Assembly (NCBI GenBank): GCA_965197645.1
Contig: OZ240219.1
Span: forward strand, 1,376,001 to 1,440,000
Length of the DNA stretch: 64,000 nucleotides
Source of the DNA: Dehalococcoidia bacterium
GTDB taxonomy: Bacteria > Chloroflexota > Dehalococcoidia > Plut-88900
Direction of reading: 5' to 3'
The notes under the pieces were generated by a model. The model ran no database searches. It saw only the letters and a list, made by a program, of their open reading frames with translations, and had not been told where the DNA came from. Of this stretch, positions 39,326 to 49,041 are shown one piece after another. The position numbers were made by a program, and so were the translations under genes. How positions within the stretch are numbered: position 1 is the first letter of the stretch; every line of letters starts with the position of its first letter.

Positions 39326-39691
39326 ATGGACAGGCAAGCAGAGGAGGCTCTGAAAAAGGACCTGGTTATAGACATCACGACGAAGGGCCGAAAGACGGGA
39401 CAGCCTCGTAGGGTCGAGATATGGTTCCACAACCTCGATGGCCGCTTGTACATCACGGGGGCCCCGGGACGAAGGCACTGGCTGGCCAACCTGGTCACCA
39501 ATCCCCATTTCACCTTTCACCTCAAGGACAGCGCCCAGGCGGACCTACCCGCCAGGGCCAGACCTATATTCGAGGAACAAGAGCGTCGAGATGTTCTCAC
39601 GACAATCGTCAATAAGCTTGGCAACGAATCGGGCTTGGAGGAACGGTTGAACAGCGCCCCGCTAATCGAAGTCGAGCTACAAACGAGCTAG
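39326..39691 (+). CDS. Nitroreductase-family deazaflavin (F420)-dependent oxidoreductase
   Basis: ITTKGRKTGQPRRVEIWF and WLANL..NP motifs; GGAG RBS. Confidence 0.85.
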   Translation: MDRQAEEALKKDLVIDITTKGRKTGQPRRVEIWFHNLDGRLYITGAPGRRHWLANLVTNPHFTFHLKDSAQADLPARARPIFEEQERRDVLTTIVNKLGNESGLEERLNSAPLIEVELQTS

Positions 39692-39740
39692 CAGCCCATT
39701 CGGTAAGATATACTCTGATGGGAAATAGGGAGGTGCAGCA

Positions 39741-39974
39741 GTGGCTGGTACCGGAGACATTCCCGACTCCGTCAAACTAACCGCCGATCAGGAGAAGGAA
39801 GGCTATTGGGTACAGGAGACCTTCGGCAACCTGCAGGTCTGGCACCACAAGAACCAGATAGCCCTGCTGATGATCAGCGACGACATTAATCAGAAGGTGC
39901 ACGACGTCATAGACAGGAGGCGCAAGGACCTGCAGGACGTCTTCGAAAAGACCGGTTGGAAACCCGAGGAATAG
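39741..39974 (+). CDS. Hypothetical protein
   Basis: GGAGG RBS, GTG start, coding-like codon usage. Confidence 0.75.
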   Translation: MAGTGDIPDSVKLTADQEKEGYWVQETFGNLQVWHHKNQIALLMISDDINQKVHDVIDRRRKDLQDVFEKTGWKPEE

Positions 39975-40030
39975 GTACCGGACCCATCGCCTCAGGAATA
40001 GGCCTCAGTCCCTTATACAAGAGACCCGCT

Positions 40031-40240
40031 ATGCCCATATACGAATACTACTGTCCCAAGTGCAAACTCGAGTTCGACCTGAGGAGGCCGATGAGCGAGT
40101 CCAACTCCTCGGCCGCGTGCCCCTCTTGTGGGGGGGACAGCCAGAAGCTGGTCTCGGCCCACGCCTCTAAGGTAGACCACGCAATGAAAGTCCCTCGCAG
40201 ACCCGCTATCCGCCCTCACTCCCAGCAGAGAAGCGACTAG
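40031..40240 (+). CDS. FmdB family zinc-ribbon protein
   Basis: MPIYEYYCPKC...CPSCGG. Confidence 0.9.
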   Translation: MPIYEYYCPKCKLEFDLRRPMSESNSSAACPSCGGDSQKLVSAHASKVDHAMKVPRRPAIRPHSQQRSD

Positions 40241-40262
40241 GAACAGAACGAAAGGTGGCATC

Positions 40263-40430
40263 GTGGTAAAGATCACCGGCAGGAAGATTTACTGCTCCAA
40301 CTGCAAGAAGCTGGTCAAGAGCAACGAGCAGAAGGGCGAAGCCGTTAACTCCGTCCTGTGCCGCACGTGCAGCAAGACCCTCTACGAATGGGACGGCCTG
40401 TCCTGGAAGTACGTGGGAGGGAGCGCGTAG
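40263..40430 (+). CDS. Small CxxC-CxxC zinc-finger protein (55 aa), absent from the ORF track
   Basis: MVKITGRKIYCSNCKKLVKSNEQKGEAVNSVLCRTCSKTLYEWDGLSWKYVGGSA*; AAAGGTGG RBS; TAG overlaps the dnaJ GTG. Confidence 0.8.
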   Translation: MVKITGRKIYCSNCKKLVKSNEQKGEAVNSVLCRTCSKTLYEWDGLSWKYVGGSA

Positions 40431-41539
40431 TGGCCAAAAGGGACTACTACGAAGTCCTGGAGATAGACCGCGGCGTAGACCAGGCCTCCATCAAGAAAGC
40501 GTATCGGGGCCTGGCCATGAAGTACCACCCCGATAGGAATCCCGGGGATGACCATGCCGCCGAGCGGATGAAGGAGATCAACGAGGCCTACGCCGTTCTC
40601 TCCGATGCCCAGAAGCGCCAGCTCTACGACGCCTACGGCCATTCCGGTCTTGAAGGCTACACCCAGGAAGACATACTCAGAAACGTCGATTTCTCCAACA
40701 TATTCCGGGAATCCGGCCTGGGCGACATCTTCGGTTTCGGCGGCACCCCCTTCGACGGCATTTTCGGCAGGAGCTCCACCCGCCAGAGGTCGAGCGGTAA
40801 GGGAGCAGACCTGAGGTACGACCTCACCGTTACCCTGGAGGAGGTGGCCTCCGGCGAAGAGAAGACCGTTGCTTTCACCAGGGAATCGGCCTGCCCCGGC
40901 TGCCGAGGCACAGGCGCCGAAGCAGGAGGACTGAAGGGATGCGATGCCTGCCGGGGCTCCGGCCAGGAGGTCCGGGAGCACAGGTCAGGTTTCACCGTGA
41001 TCCGGCAGGTGACCACGTGCAGCGCCTGCAGCGGCAACGGAAGCGTTGTGACCGAAAGCTGCGGCACCTGCGATGGGACAGCCACCATTGAAGAGGACTG
41101 CGAGATCAAGGTCGGGGTCCCTCCCGGCGCCACCGATGGTCATCCCGTCAGGGTCGCGGGGGAGGGGCAACGGGGCCCGGACCTGTCCGGTGATCTGTAC
41201 GTTGTCTTGCACGTCGAGGACCATCCTCTCTTCGAGAGGAGAGGGGATGACATCCTTCTCCGCAAGGACATCGCCATGATCGACGCCGCTCTGGGAGCTC
41301 GGATGGAGGTCCCCAGCCTGAACGGCGGCTCTCACGTCGACATTCCGGAGGGGACCCAGACCGGGACCGTGTTCCAGCTGAAGGGCAAGGGGATACCTCA
41401 CCTGGACGGCTACGGCACCGGCGACGAATACGTCGTCGTCAACGTCGTCACTCCGACCGACCTGAGTTCAGGCGAGCGTCGGCTTCTGGAAGAACTCAGG
41501 GACATCTGGGCCGAGTCCGGAGGAGATGAAGATGAATAA
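40430..41539 (+). CDS. dnaJ: Chaperone DnaJ
   Basis: KRDYYEVL, HPD motif, G/F region, four CxxCxGxG-type repeats, C-terminal domain. Confidence 0.93.
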   Translation: MAKRDYYEVLEIDRGVDQASIKKAYRGLAMKYHPDRNPGDDHAAERMKEINEAYAVLSDAQKRQLYDAYGHSGLEGYTQEDILRNVDFSNIFRESGLGDIFGFGGTPFDGIFGRSSTRQRSSGKGADLRYDLTVTLEEVASGEEKTVAFTRESACPGCRGTGAEAGGLKGCDACRGSGQEVREHRSGFTVIRQVTTCSACSGNGSVVTESCGTCDGTATIEEDCEIKVGVPPGATDGHPVRVAGEGQRGPDLSGDLYVVLHVEDHPLFERRGDDILLRKDIAMIDAALGARMEVPSLNGGSHVDIPEGTQTGTVFQLKGKGIPHLDGYGTGDEYVVVNVVTPTDLSSGERRLLEELRDIWAESGGDEDE

Positions 41540-41798
41540 GATGGAAAAGGTCGAACCGTACAAGGTCAAGATCAGCAAAGAGGTTATCAAGAGGTGGAAC
41601 GGCGTGGTGCGGGTGTGGAGCGAGCCGATGAGCGCCGTAGAGGGCTCCCAGGTGCTGGACGAGATAAGCGAGCCGATCGAGGTGACGGTTACCCAGGAGC
41701 AGAAGGACATCTACGGTTCCCTCTCCCAGAGGGCCTACGTGGAGTACGGTGGCGATAAACAGGGCTGGGTGCTCTTCGACGCTATAGAGGTAGGCTAG
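41526..41798 (+). CDS. Hypothetical protein
   Basis: Overlaps the dnaJ stop; GGAGGAG RBS; coding-like codon usage. Confidence 0.75.
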   Translation: MKMNKMEKVEPYKVKISKEVIKRWNGVVRVWSEPMSAVEGSQVLDEISEPIEVTVTQEQKDIYGSLSQRAYVEYGGDKQGWVLFDAIEVG

Positions 41799-41844
41799 GC
41801 CGGGCCTCCTCGGCCCGGTACTCGTAGTACCCTAGCCGCCAGCT

Positions 41845-43053
41845 ATGAACAGCCAGGCCCTCGCTCACGTTAAAGTCCTCGATCTGACCGAGGACGTGGC
41901 CGGCCCCTTCTGCACCAAGCTCCTGGCCGACTACGGCGCCCAGGTCATCAAGATCGAGTCGCCCGGCGGAGGCGACCCTACTCGTAATATGGCCCCCTTC
42001 CACGGCGACGAACCCCATCCCGAGAAGAGTGGCCTATTCATTCATCTCAACGCCAATAAGAGCGGCATCACCCTGGACCTGAAGTCGTCCTCCGCACCCC
42101 GGATCGTCCAACGGTTGCTGGACTGGGGAAACGTGGTCGTCGAAAGCTTTCAGCCAGGAACGATGGAGAGGTTCGGCCTTTCCTACTCCCATCTGAAGAC
42201 GGTCAGGAAGGATCTGGTGATGACCTCCATCACCAACTTCGGGCAGACCGGCCCCTATCGAGACTACAAAGCCACTGAGATCGTAGAGTACGCCATCGGC
42301 GGCCCCATGCTCTCGACGGGAGCCTCGGACCGGGAGCCGGTCAAGCTGCCGGGTAGAGTCGGGATGTTCGTCGCTGGACAGATGGCCGCCACAGCCACCC
42401 TCATGGCCGCCTATAGACGAGACCGGGGCGGCACCGGCGAGCACCTGGATATTTCGGTAATGGAAACCCAAGCGGGAAGCATCGATCGGCAGTCCGCCCA
42501 GCTGCTGAACCACCAGTACACCGGAGCCCGTTGGTCCCGGCACAAGGCCGGCGGCTCGGGCCTTGGGGGAATATTCAAGTGCCAGGACGGATACATAGAG
42601 ATGTGGGGGTGGGACAGAGCTCCCCGGGTGATGGATATGCTCGGCACCCCCGAGCTCAAGGAGGACCCTCGCTTCGCCACGGACGAGGCCCGGCGTGAAC
42701 CAGAAAACACCAAGGTTCTCGGCCGGATGATGAGCGAGTGGTTCGCCCAGCGGACCAAACTGGATGCCTGGAAAGAGGCGCAGCGGCACCGGGTGCTCTC
42801 CGCTCCCATCAACGATCTGACCGAGGTAGCAGCCGACGGGAACAAGCGGGGTCGGGGATTCTGGACCCATATAGAACGGCCATACGTCGGAACGATAGAA
42901 CACCCCGGACGATCCCTGGTAATGGAGTCCACTCCTTGGAGGATAGAGAGCGCGGCCCCGACCCTGGGGCAGCACAACGATCTGGTCTATCGGGGTATGC
43001 TGGGGTACAGTTCCTCGGAGTTGGTGCAGCTGCGCCAGAGCAACGTCGTCTAG
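41845..43053 (+). CDS. Family III CoA-transferase (CaiB/BaiF)
   Basis: AGPFCTKLLADYGAQVIKIESP, NANK..ITLDLK, FGQTGPY, APTLGQHN. Confidence 0.93.
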   Translation: MNSQALAHVKVLDLTEDVAGPFCTKLLADYGAQVIKIESPGGGDPTRNMAPFHGDEPHPEKSGLFIHLNANKSGITLDLKSSSAPRIVQRLLDWGNVVVESFQPGTMERFGLSYSHLKTVRKDLVMTSITNFGQTGPYRDYKATEIVEYAIGGPMLSTGASDREPVKLPGRVGMFVAGQMAATATLMAAYRRDRGGTGEHLDISVMETQAGSIDRQSAQLLNHQYTGARWSRHKAGGSGLGGIFKCQDGYIEMWGWDRAPRVMDMLGTPELKEDPRFATDEARREPENTKVLGRMMSEWFAQRTKLDAWKEAQRHRVLSAPINDLTEVAADGNKRGRGFWTHIERPYVGTIEHPGRSLVMESTPWRIESAAPTLGQHNDLVYRGMLGYSSSELVQLRQSNVV

Positions 43054-43069
43054 TCACTGGAGGTATCAC

Positions 43070-44359
43070 TTGAGCAGGCTACCCTTGGAAGGTGTGAGAA
43101 TAGTCGATATAACCCTGGTCTGGGTGGGGCCCTTCGCCACGCAGATGCTGGCGGACTGGGGCGCCGAGGTGATCCGGGTCGAGCCTCTCCAGGTGTTCCA
43201 GCCCATGACCCGGGGGAACGAGGCCAGGCCCAAGAAGGGCAGCCGGTACTACGGCGACGCGTTCCCTGATAACGACCCGGGCGATAGGCCCTGGAACCGG
43301 CACGTCGCCTTCCAGATTCACGGTCGAAACAAGCTGAGCATGACCTCGGACCTGGAGGACCCGGACTGCATGGACGCCTTCCTGCGCCTGGTCAGCATCT
43401 CCGACGTCGTGTTGGAGAACAACGTTCCATCTACGATGAAGAAGCTGGGCGTCTCCTACGACCTGTTGAAGACGGTGAGGCCGGACCTGGTGATGGTGCG
43501 GGTCCCGGCCTTCGGGATAACCGGCCCCTACGCCGGCTTTCGGGCACTGGGCAACCATATGGAAGCGGCGGCGGGAATGGCCCACATCCGCGGATATCGA
43601 GACTACGATCCGACCCTGAAGGACACCACTTACATCTCCGATTCCGTCGGCGGCATCTCGGCGGCTTACGGCACCATGGCGGCGCTGACCCATCGCGACC
43701 TTACTGGCGAGGGCCAGCTGGTGGAGGTGCCCACGGCCGAGTCCACCATCCACTACCTCTCCGAAGCGATGATGGACTACCAGATGAACGACCGGATGCA
43801 AAGCCCCATCGGCAACATGGATACCTCAATGGCGCCCCACGGATGCTATCGGTGCCAGGGTGAGGACAACTGGGTGGTTATCGCCGTTGGGTCCGACGCC
43901 GAGTGGGAGGGCCTGTGCAAAGCTATGGGAGGTCCGGAGTGGGCCGGCAACGAAGCCTTTTCCACCGTTCTGGGCAGGTACAACAACCAGGACCTGCTGG
44001 ACGACCACATCTCCCAATGGACTCGCGAGCAGGACCACATCGAGCTGATGCACCTGCTGCAGAAGCACGGTGTGCCGGCAGCCGCCGTCCACGACCAGAA
44101 AGAGCTGTTCGAAGACCCTCACATGCGACACCGGGAGTTCTTCGAAGAGGTGACCCAGCCGGCCACTGGCACCCACAAGTACTGCGGGATGATGTGGAAG
44201 ATGGGGGACACGCCCAACAGCATCCGGCTGCCCTCCCCCATGCTCGGCGAGCACAACGAGTGGGTATACCGGGACCTGCTGGGGACGCCCGATCAGAAAT
44301 ACCGCCAGCTCGAGGACGCCGGCCATATCGGCATGGACTACCCGCCCCACGTGGGGTAG
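43070..44359 (+). CDS. Family III CoA-transferase (CaiB/BaiF)
   Basis: GPFATQMLADWGAEVIRVE, GRNK, FGITGPY, SPMLGEHN. Confidence 0.93.
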   Translation: MSRLPLEGVRIVDITLVWVGPFATQMLADWGAEVIRVEPLQVFQPMTRGNEARPKKGSRYYGDAFPDNDPGDRPWNRHVAFQIHGRNKLSMTSDLEDPDCMDAFLRLVSISDVVLENNVPSTMKKLGVSYDLLKTVRPDLVMVRVPAFGITGPYAGFRALGNHMEAAAGMAHIRGYRDYDPTLKDTTYISDSVGGISAAYGTMAALTHRDLTGEGQLVEVPTAESTIHYLSEAMMDYQMNDRMQSPIGNMDTSMAPHGCYRCQGEDNWVVIAVGSDAEWEGLCKAMGGPEWAGNEAFSTVLGRYNNQDLLDDHISQWTREQDHIELMHLLQKHGVPAAAVHDQKELFEDPHMRHREFFEEVTQPATGTHKYCGMMWKMGDTPNSIRLPSPMLGEHNEWVYRDLLGTPDQKYRQLEDAGHIGMDYPPHVG

Positions 44360-44460
44360 GCCCCACATCAGGCGTCTGCGAGCGAAGCCGCAAGCTACTT
44401 GGATGGGGGATGACTGTCATGGAAGCTTTTCTTAGCTCTCTTAGCCAACACCAGCAGCCC

Positions 44461-44604
44461 CAGCCTGGCCCAAAACTCTGTGTTGAGGGAGTCCAGAGGG
44501 AAACTTCCCTCTGGCAGGGGGTAATGGGGGATGTGCCCCCCAGGGACAAAACCGTCCGAGGGCGGGCGGATGGGACAAAGGCATCCGTCCTCCTAGATAG
44601 CGCA
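44461..44604. repeat. MITE family A, degenerate copy
   Basis: GAGGGAGTCCAGAGGGAAACTTCCCTCTGGCAGGGG...CCGAGGGCGGGCGG matches 54682-54765. Confidence 0.75.
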
Positions 44605-44615
44605 GAGGACTTATC

Positions 44616-46046
44616 ATGCTGGATTTGATCATCAGAGGCGGACGGGTGGTCGCCCCCTGGGGCGTGGGTGAGTGGGAGGTCGGGGTCCAGGGCGAGATCA
44701 TCGTTGCCGTGGCCCAGCCCGGCGCCCTCACCCAGGACGCAGCGCGAGTCATAGACGCCGCCGGCAAGATAGTGATTCCCGGAGGGGTCGAGCCCCACAC
44801 CCACTGCTCGTGGATAATCCCCACTGCCGCAGAGGCCGGGCTCTACACCGGCGGCATAGACGTAGTGAGCAAGGCCTGCCTGTTCGGAGGCACCACCACC
44901 CTGGTGGACTTCGCCTACTGGGAGCCCGGCGAAGACCTGTTCGAGACCCTCGATAAGAAGGGCGCCATCTTCAACGGCAACAGCTACGGCGACTACGCCT
45001 ACCACTGCGCCCTGTTCTCCACCAAGGGCGATCTTCCCTTCGAGGTGATCGGCCAGATCAAGGACGTTATCGAAGCGGGTTACCCTAGCTTCAAGATTTG
45101 GACCACCAACACCACGCCTACCAGGCCTCGTCAGATGACCGACTTCGGCCACCTGGCCGAGATCATGGAGCACGTGGCGACCAACAACGGCATCATGGCC
45201 ATCCACGCCGAGGACGATGACATCGTGATGTTCATGTACAAGAAGCTGAAGCACCTGGGCCAGACGGAGAGGTGGAACATGCACCTGGCCCACAGCAAGA
45301 TGTCCGAAGACATCTCGTTTAGAAGGGTGGTCCGGCTGGCCGAGTGGATGGGCAGCGCGGTCTACTTCATGCACGTCAGCGCCAGCGAAGGGATAGAGGC
45401 GATCAAGGAGGCTCGGGGCAAGGGGCTGCCCGTTTACGGCGAGACTCTCCACCACTACGCCTCCTTCTCCCACGAGGACTACAGGGAGCCCCACGGCGCC
45501 ATCTATCACACCTACCCATCGCTGAAGACGGACGACGACAACGAGGCGCTGTGGCAAGGCCTGGTGACCGGCGATCTTTCGACCATCGCTACCGACGAGC
45601 TGTTCACCACCAAGGCGATCAAGATGCGTGGCGAGACCATCGAAGACACCACCGGCGGCAACGAGGGCGTGGAGGCCCGGGTGGGTATCGCCTACACCGA
45701 GGGCGTGGTAAAGAGAGGGATGAGCCTGGAGCAGTTCGTCAACGTCACCTCCACCAACGCGGCCCGCATCATGGGTCTCTATCCCAGGAAGGGGGCCATC
45801 GCACCGGGGAGCGACGCCGACATCGTCCTGATCGACCCCAACTTCCGCAAGAAGCTGGAGCTGTCCGATTTCCACGGCTCAGATTACTCGCCCTGGGAGG
45901 AGTGGGAGGTGCAGGGCTGGCCGGTGATGACCATCCTTAGGGGGAAAGTGGCCGTCGAGGACGGCAAGTTGCTGGTGGACAAGGGATACGGGCGGCAGAT
46001 ATCCCGGAAAGTTGACACGAGTATCCTCAAGCAACCGATGGTGTAG
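44616..46046 (+). CDS. Dihydropyrimidinase/hydantoinase family amidohydrolase
   Basis: PGGVEPHTH, GGTTT, SFK, HAE, ATD, PRKGAIAPGSDAD. Confidence 0.92.
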   Translation: MLDLIIRGGRVVAPWGVGEWEVGVQGEIIVAVAQPGALTQDAARVIDAAGKIVIPGGVEPHTHCSWIIPTAAEAGLYTGGIDVVSKACLFGGTTTLVDFAYWEPGEDLFETLDKKGAIFNGNSYGDYAYHCALFSTKGDLPFEVIGQIKDVIEAGYPSFKIWTTNTTPTRPRQMTDFGHLAEIMEHVATNNGIMAIHAEDDDIVMFMYKKLKHLGQTERWNMHLAHSKMSEDISFRRVVRLAEWMGSAVYFMHVSASEGIEAIKEARGKGLPVYGETLHHYASFSHEDYREPHGAIYHTYPSLKTDDDNEALWQGLVTGDLSTIATDELFTTKAIKMRGETIEDTTGGNEGVEARVGIAYTEGVVKRGMSLEQFVNVTSTNAARIMGLYPRKGAIAPGSDADIVLIDPNFRKKLELSDFHGSDYSPWEEWEVQGWPVMTILRGKVAVEDGKLLVDKGYGRQISRKVDTSILKQPMV

Positions 46047-46146
46047 GGGGGCTTCAGGTGGGAGGCGACCAACCTGTAGTATCATTGCCATCGGGGTGCT
46101 AACTCAGGCTCGACAGGCAACGATTATGAAGCGTTCGGGGGAGCGT

Positions 46147-46449
46147 ATGGGGCAAGGTGTCATAATTCTCACCGGAATGGTCAAAGCTGAAGGAAACCAG
46201 TTTGTGTCAACCTGTCAGGAGTTGGGCACGTCCAGCTGTGGGGACTCTGTTGAAGAAGCTTTCGCCAATCTTGAAGAGGCAATAGAAGTTCATCTTGCCG
46301 CTCTGGAGGAGATCGGCGAGCGAGATCGAGTATTTCAAGAACGAGGTATAAGCATCCTCGACGCAACCGTTGATACGTCGGACCACCGCGAAATTCCGAT
46401 TGGCGCCTTTACGAAAGCCACTAGGTATCATGTGGCTGTCACAGCCTAA
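46147..46449 (+). CDS. hicB: HicB-family antitoxin
   Basis: FVSTCQELGTSSCGDSVEEAFANLEEAIEVHL. Confidence 0.85.
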   Translation: MGQGVIILTGMVKAEGNQFVSTCQELGTSSCGDSVEEAFANLEEAIEVHLAALEEIGERDRVFQERGISILDATVDTSDHREIPIGAFTKATRYHVAVTA

Positions 46450-46455
46450 GCGGTC

Positions 46456-46701
46456 TTGCAATTCCATGCCATACCACTCTGCTCTAGCCGTCAGATAACT
46501 TCTGCTCTGGAGCGGCTGGGTTGCTACCCTGGCAACAGCAAAAAGGGCAGTCACGCGGCCTATCATCGCGTTAGGGACGATGGACGTAAACTGACTGGTG
46601 TCGTCGTCTTGGGCAGGAAAGAGGTGCCTAAGGGAACCCTTCGCAATATTCTTATAGCGCTAGAGATATCCTTAAACGACTTCAGGGCTGCCCTACGCTA
46701 A
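46456..46701 (+). CDS. hicA: HicA-family toxin
   Basis: ALERLG, KGSH catalytic motif, EVPKGTLRNIL. Confidence 0.85.
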   Translation: MQFHAIPLCSSRQITSALERLGCYPGNSKKGSHAAYHRVRDDGRKLTGVVVLGRKEVPKGTLRNILIALEISLNDFRAALR

Positions 46702-46757
46702 GGCTAATGCCTAACTTCGACAAACCGACTAAGTCTGGATAGGCACCCTTTCCCGTT

Positions 46758-47975
46758 TCACGGAACTATCTTCTGCAGCTCTTGGGCGGCGGCCAACTCG
46801 AGGTCGTAGACGTGCCTGACGTGGTCTCCGATGGAAGCCAGCAGATCGGATATTTCGGTTGGGGTGAGGGGGAAAGAGGCGGCGATCTCCGATTCTAGGG
46901 TAGACATGCGCTCTGCTGCGTTGGTGATCTCAGGCAGAGCGTCGGCGCCTTGGGTTTCGAAGAGAGTCAACATACCCCGGCTCAGCTCCCTCGACTCCTT
47001 GAGAAGGGTCACACGATCCGGCAACACGGCAACGGCGAGGGCACTCCAGGCTCGACCAGCCTCCCGGTACCCATTCCCAACGTCCCCCAGCTCGGGCTGA
47101 TTCAACAGATCTCCGGCGTGGTCGAGAAAATCGGCATAGGTGGGTCGGAGAGCGCCTCCTCCGGTGCCGGCAGTCTCGATCCAGTGGTGCACCCAGGTTA
47201 GGGCGCCGTAGAGGTGCATGGGGTCGGTGAAGACGTTGGGCCAGCCCCTCTTGTCCCTAGCATTGGTGACGAGGTCCGCCCAGCTGCCGATGGAGGGCAG
47301 CCCGAAACTCTTCATTTTAGGGTTCAGCAAGCCTCGCCAGCAGTCCCGGATGGCGTTCCTGAGCGCGTCCTCTAGATCGGCCTCGGTGGCGGGAGGCTCG
47401 ACCACCATGATCCGGTTCTTGTAGGTCTTGATGATGGCCCGGGCCTCGGCGAGTTGATGCCAGGGTACGCGCAGAGCCGAAGGAGCTCGATCGGCCAGCA
47501 AGGCTTCACCGGACTCAGAGTCCACGGAGAGGACTGCCAGCTGGTGGTACATGCCGCCTTTCAGGCGCTGAGGCATGGGAAAGTAGGGCAGACTGGCCAG
47601 GTCCAGCCAAGCGATTACCGGTACGTCCCGGTCGAGGGCCTTTCGCAGGTTGGACTCGGCCGCCTTGAGGCTCCGGGTTTCCAGTACGTCGGACTCCAGG
47701 GCGAGCCGGCTGCAGGTCTTGCGGAGGAACTCGACGTTGTCGCTGTGCCACAGATGACGGGCGCCGACCATGACCATGGGATCGGTACCCTCATACTGGA
47801 AGAGCATGTATCCTGCGCCGATGCCGCCGCCGATGCCGAGCAACATCTCCTCGGAGTAAGGCTCGGATGTGTGGTGAGCCAGTACCCCCAGCTGCGCAAG
47901 AACGGTCTTCAGTGCTGCGGTGGGCGGGTGCTTGCCGCCGAAGTCGGGCACGTTTGCAGGGCTATCGGTCTGCAT
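46758..47975 (-). CDS. BtrH N-terminal / DUF4872-like protein
   Basis: YSEEMLLGIGGGIG, D..SLPY, H.L.V motifs; overlaps the ltaE stop. Confidence 0.7.
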   Translation of the reverse strand: MQTDSPANVPDFGGKHPPTAALKTVLAQLGVLAHHTSEPYSEEMLLGIGGGIGAGYMLFQYEGTDPMVMVGARHLWHSDNVEFLRKTCSRLALESDVLETRSLKAAESNLRKALDRDVPVIAWLDLASLPYFPMPQRLKGGMYHQLAVLSVDSESGEALLADRAPSALRVPWHQLAEARAIIKTYKNRIMVVEPPATEADLEDALRNAIRDCWRGLLNPKMKSFGLPSIGSWADLVTNARDKRGWPNVFTDPMHLYGALTWVHHWIETAGTGGGALRPTYADFLDHAGDLLNQPELGDVGNGYREAGRAWSALAVAVLPDRVTLLKESRELSRGMLTLFETQGADALPEITNAAERMSTLESEIAASFPLTPTEISDLLASIGDHVRHVYDLELAAAQELQKIVP

Positions 47976-49005
47976 GCTCCCGGAAAACGGATTCCACCGT
48001 GTCCAGGGCGTAGTCGATGTCGACGGCGGTGATGCCGTAGTGGGTGACGAATCTCCACGTGCGCAAGGAGGGATCGCCTCCCTTGACGCCTCGGCCCTCC
48101 AGCTTGCGGGACAGCACGTCGGGCGAGGCGGCGGTGACCCGGAAGTAGACCATGTTGGTGGGATACCGGTCCGGGTCGATCTCTAGGCCGGTTATCCCGG
48201 CCAGGCCCTGAGCAAGCCTTCGAGCGTTGGCGTGGTCTTCGGCCAGCCTATCGATCATCGAGTCAAGGGCCACGATGCCGGCCGCGGCTATTACTCCCAC
48301 CTGTCGCATACCGCCTCCCACCGTTTCTCTCCAGAAGCGGGCCTGATCGATGAAGTCCTTGGAGCCGCATAGCAGGGAGCCGATGGGAGCGCTGAGACCC
48401 TTGGAGAGGCAGAAGCTGACCGAGTCCGCGTCCCTGACCAGCTCCGCCGCCGGGGTTTCCAGGTGGACGGAGGCGTTGAAGATGCGGGCACCGTCGATGT
48501 GCAGAGGGATTTCGTGGCGACGCGCCACCCCGGCAATGGCACCGACATCGCCCTGAGAAAGCACCTTACCACCACACTCGGCCTGGGTGTTCTCGATGGC
48601 TATCAGCCCGGTGGGAGGTTCGTGAACATCGTCCCACCGGATCGCCTCCTCGACCTCGTCAGGGTCCAGCATTCCCCGCTCGTCGTTGGGCACCGTTTGG
48701 ACGTGGACGCCACCCAGGCCCGAGGCGCTGCCGTTTTCGTAGAGGCACATATGGGACCTATCGCCGACGATCATTTCGTCGCCCCGCCTGCAGTGGGTGA
48801 GTATGGCCACGAGGTTGCTCATGGTGCCGCTGGCGGTGAACACGGCGGCCTCTTTGCCCAGCATCCGGGCGGCCATCTCCTCCAGGCGATTGAGGGTGGG
48901 ATCGTCACGGTACTCGTCATCACCGACCTCCGCTTCGAACATGGCCCGACGCATCTCGGCGGTCGGATGGGTGACGGTGTCGCTCCTGAAGTCTACTTGG
49001 CGCAT
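47962..49005 (-). CDS. ltaE: Low-specificity L-threonine aldolase
   Basis: DFRSDTVT, SGTMSN, HIDGARIFNA, CLSKGLSAPIGS, GGGMRQ. Confidence 0.93.
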   Translation of the reverse strand: MRQVDFRSDTVTHPTAEMRRAMFEAEVGDDEYRDDPTLNRLEEMAARMLGKEAAVFTASGTMSNLVAILTHCRRGDEMIVGDRSHMCLYENGSASGLGGVHVQTVPNDERGMLDPDEVEEAIRWDDVHEPPTGLIAIENTQAECGGKVLSQGDVGAIAGVARRHEIPLHIDGARIFNASVHLETPAAELVRDADSVSFCLSKGLSAPIGSLLCGSKDFIDQARFWRETVGGGMRQVGVIAAAGIVALDSMIDRLAEDHANARRLAQGLAGITGLEIDPDRYPTNMVYFRVTAASPDVLSRKLEGRGVKGGDPSLRTWRFVTHYGITAVDIDYALDTVESVFREHADR

Positions 49006-49041
49006 GAGTATGATCGCTTCTTGTTTATGGTTGAATTACGC

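Noticed and set aside
43923-45875. Long antisense ORFs (650 aa here; also 15401-16885, 56738-57955 and others)
   Set aside because: Shadow ORFs opposite well-supported genes, expected in high-GC DNA.
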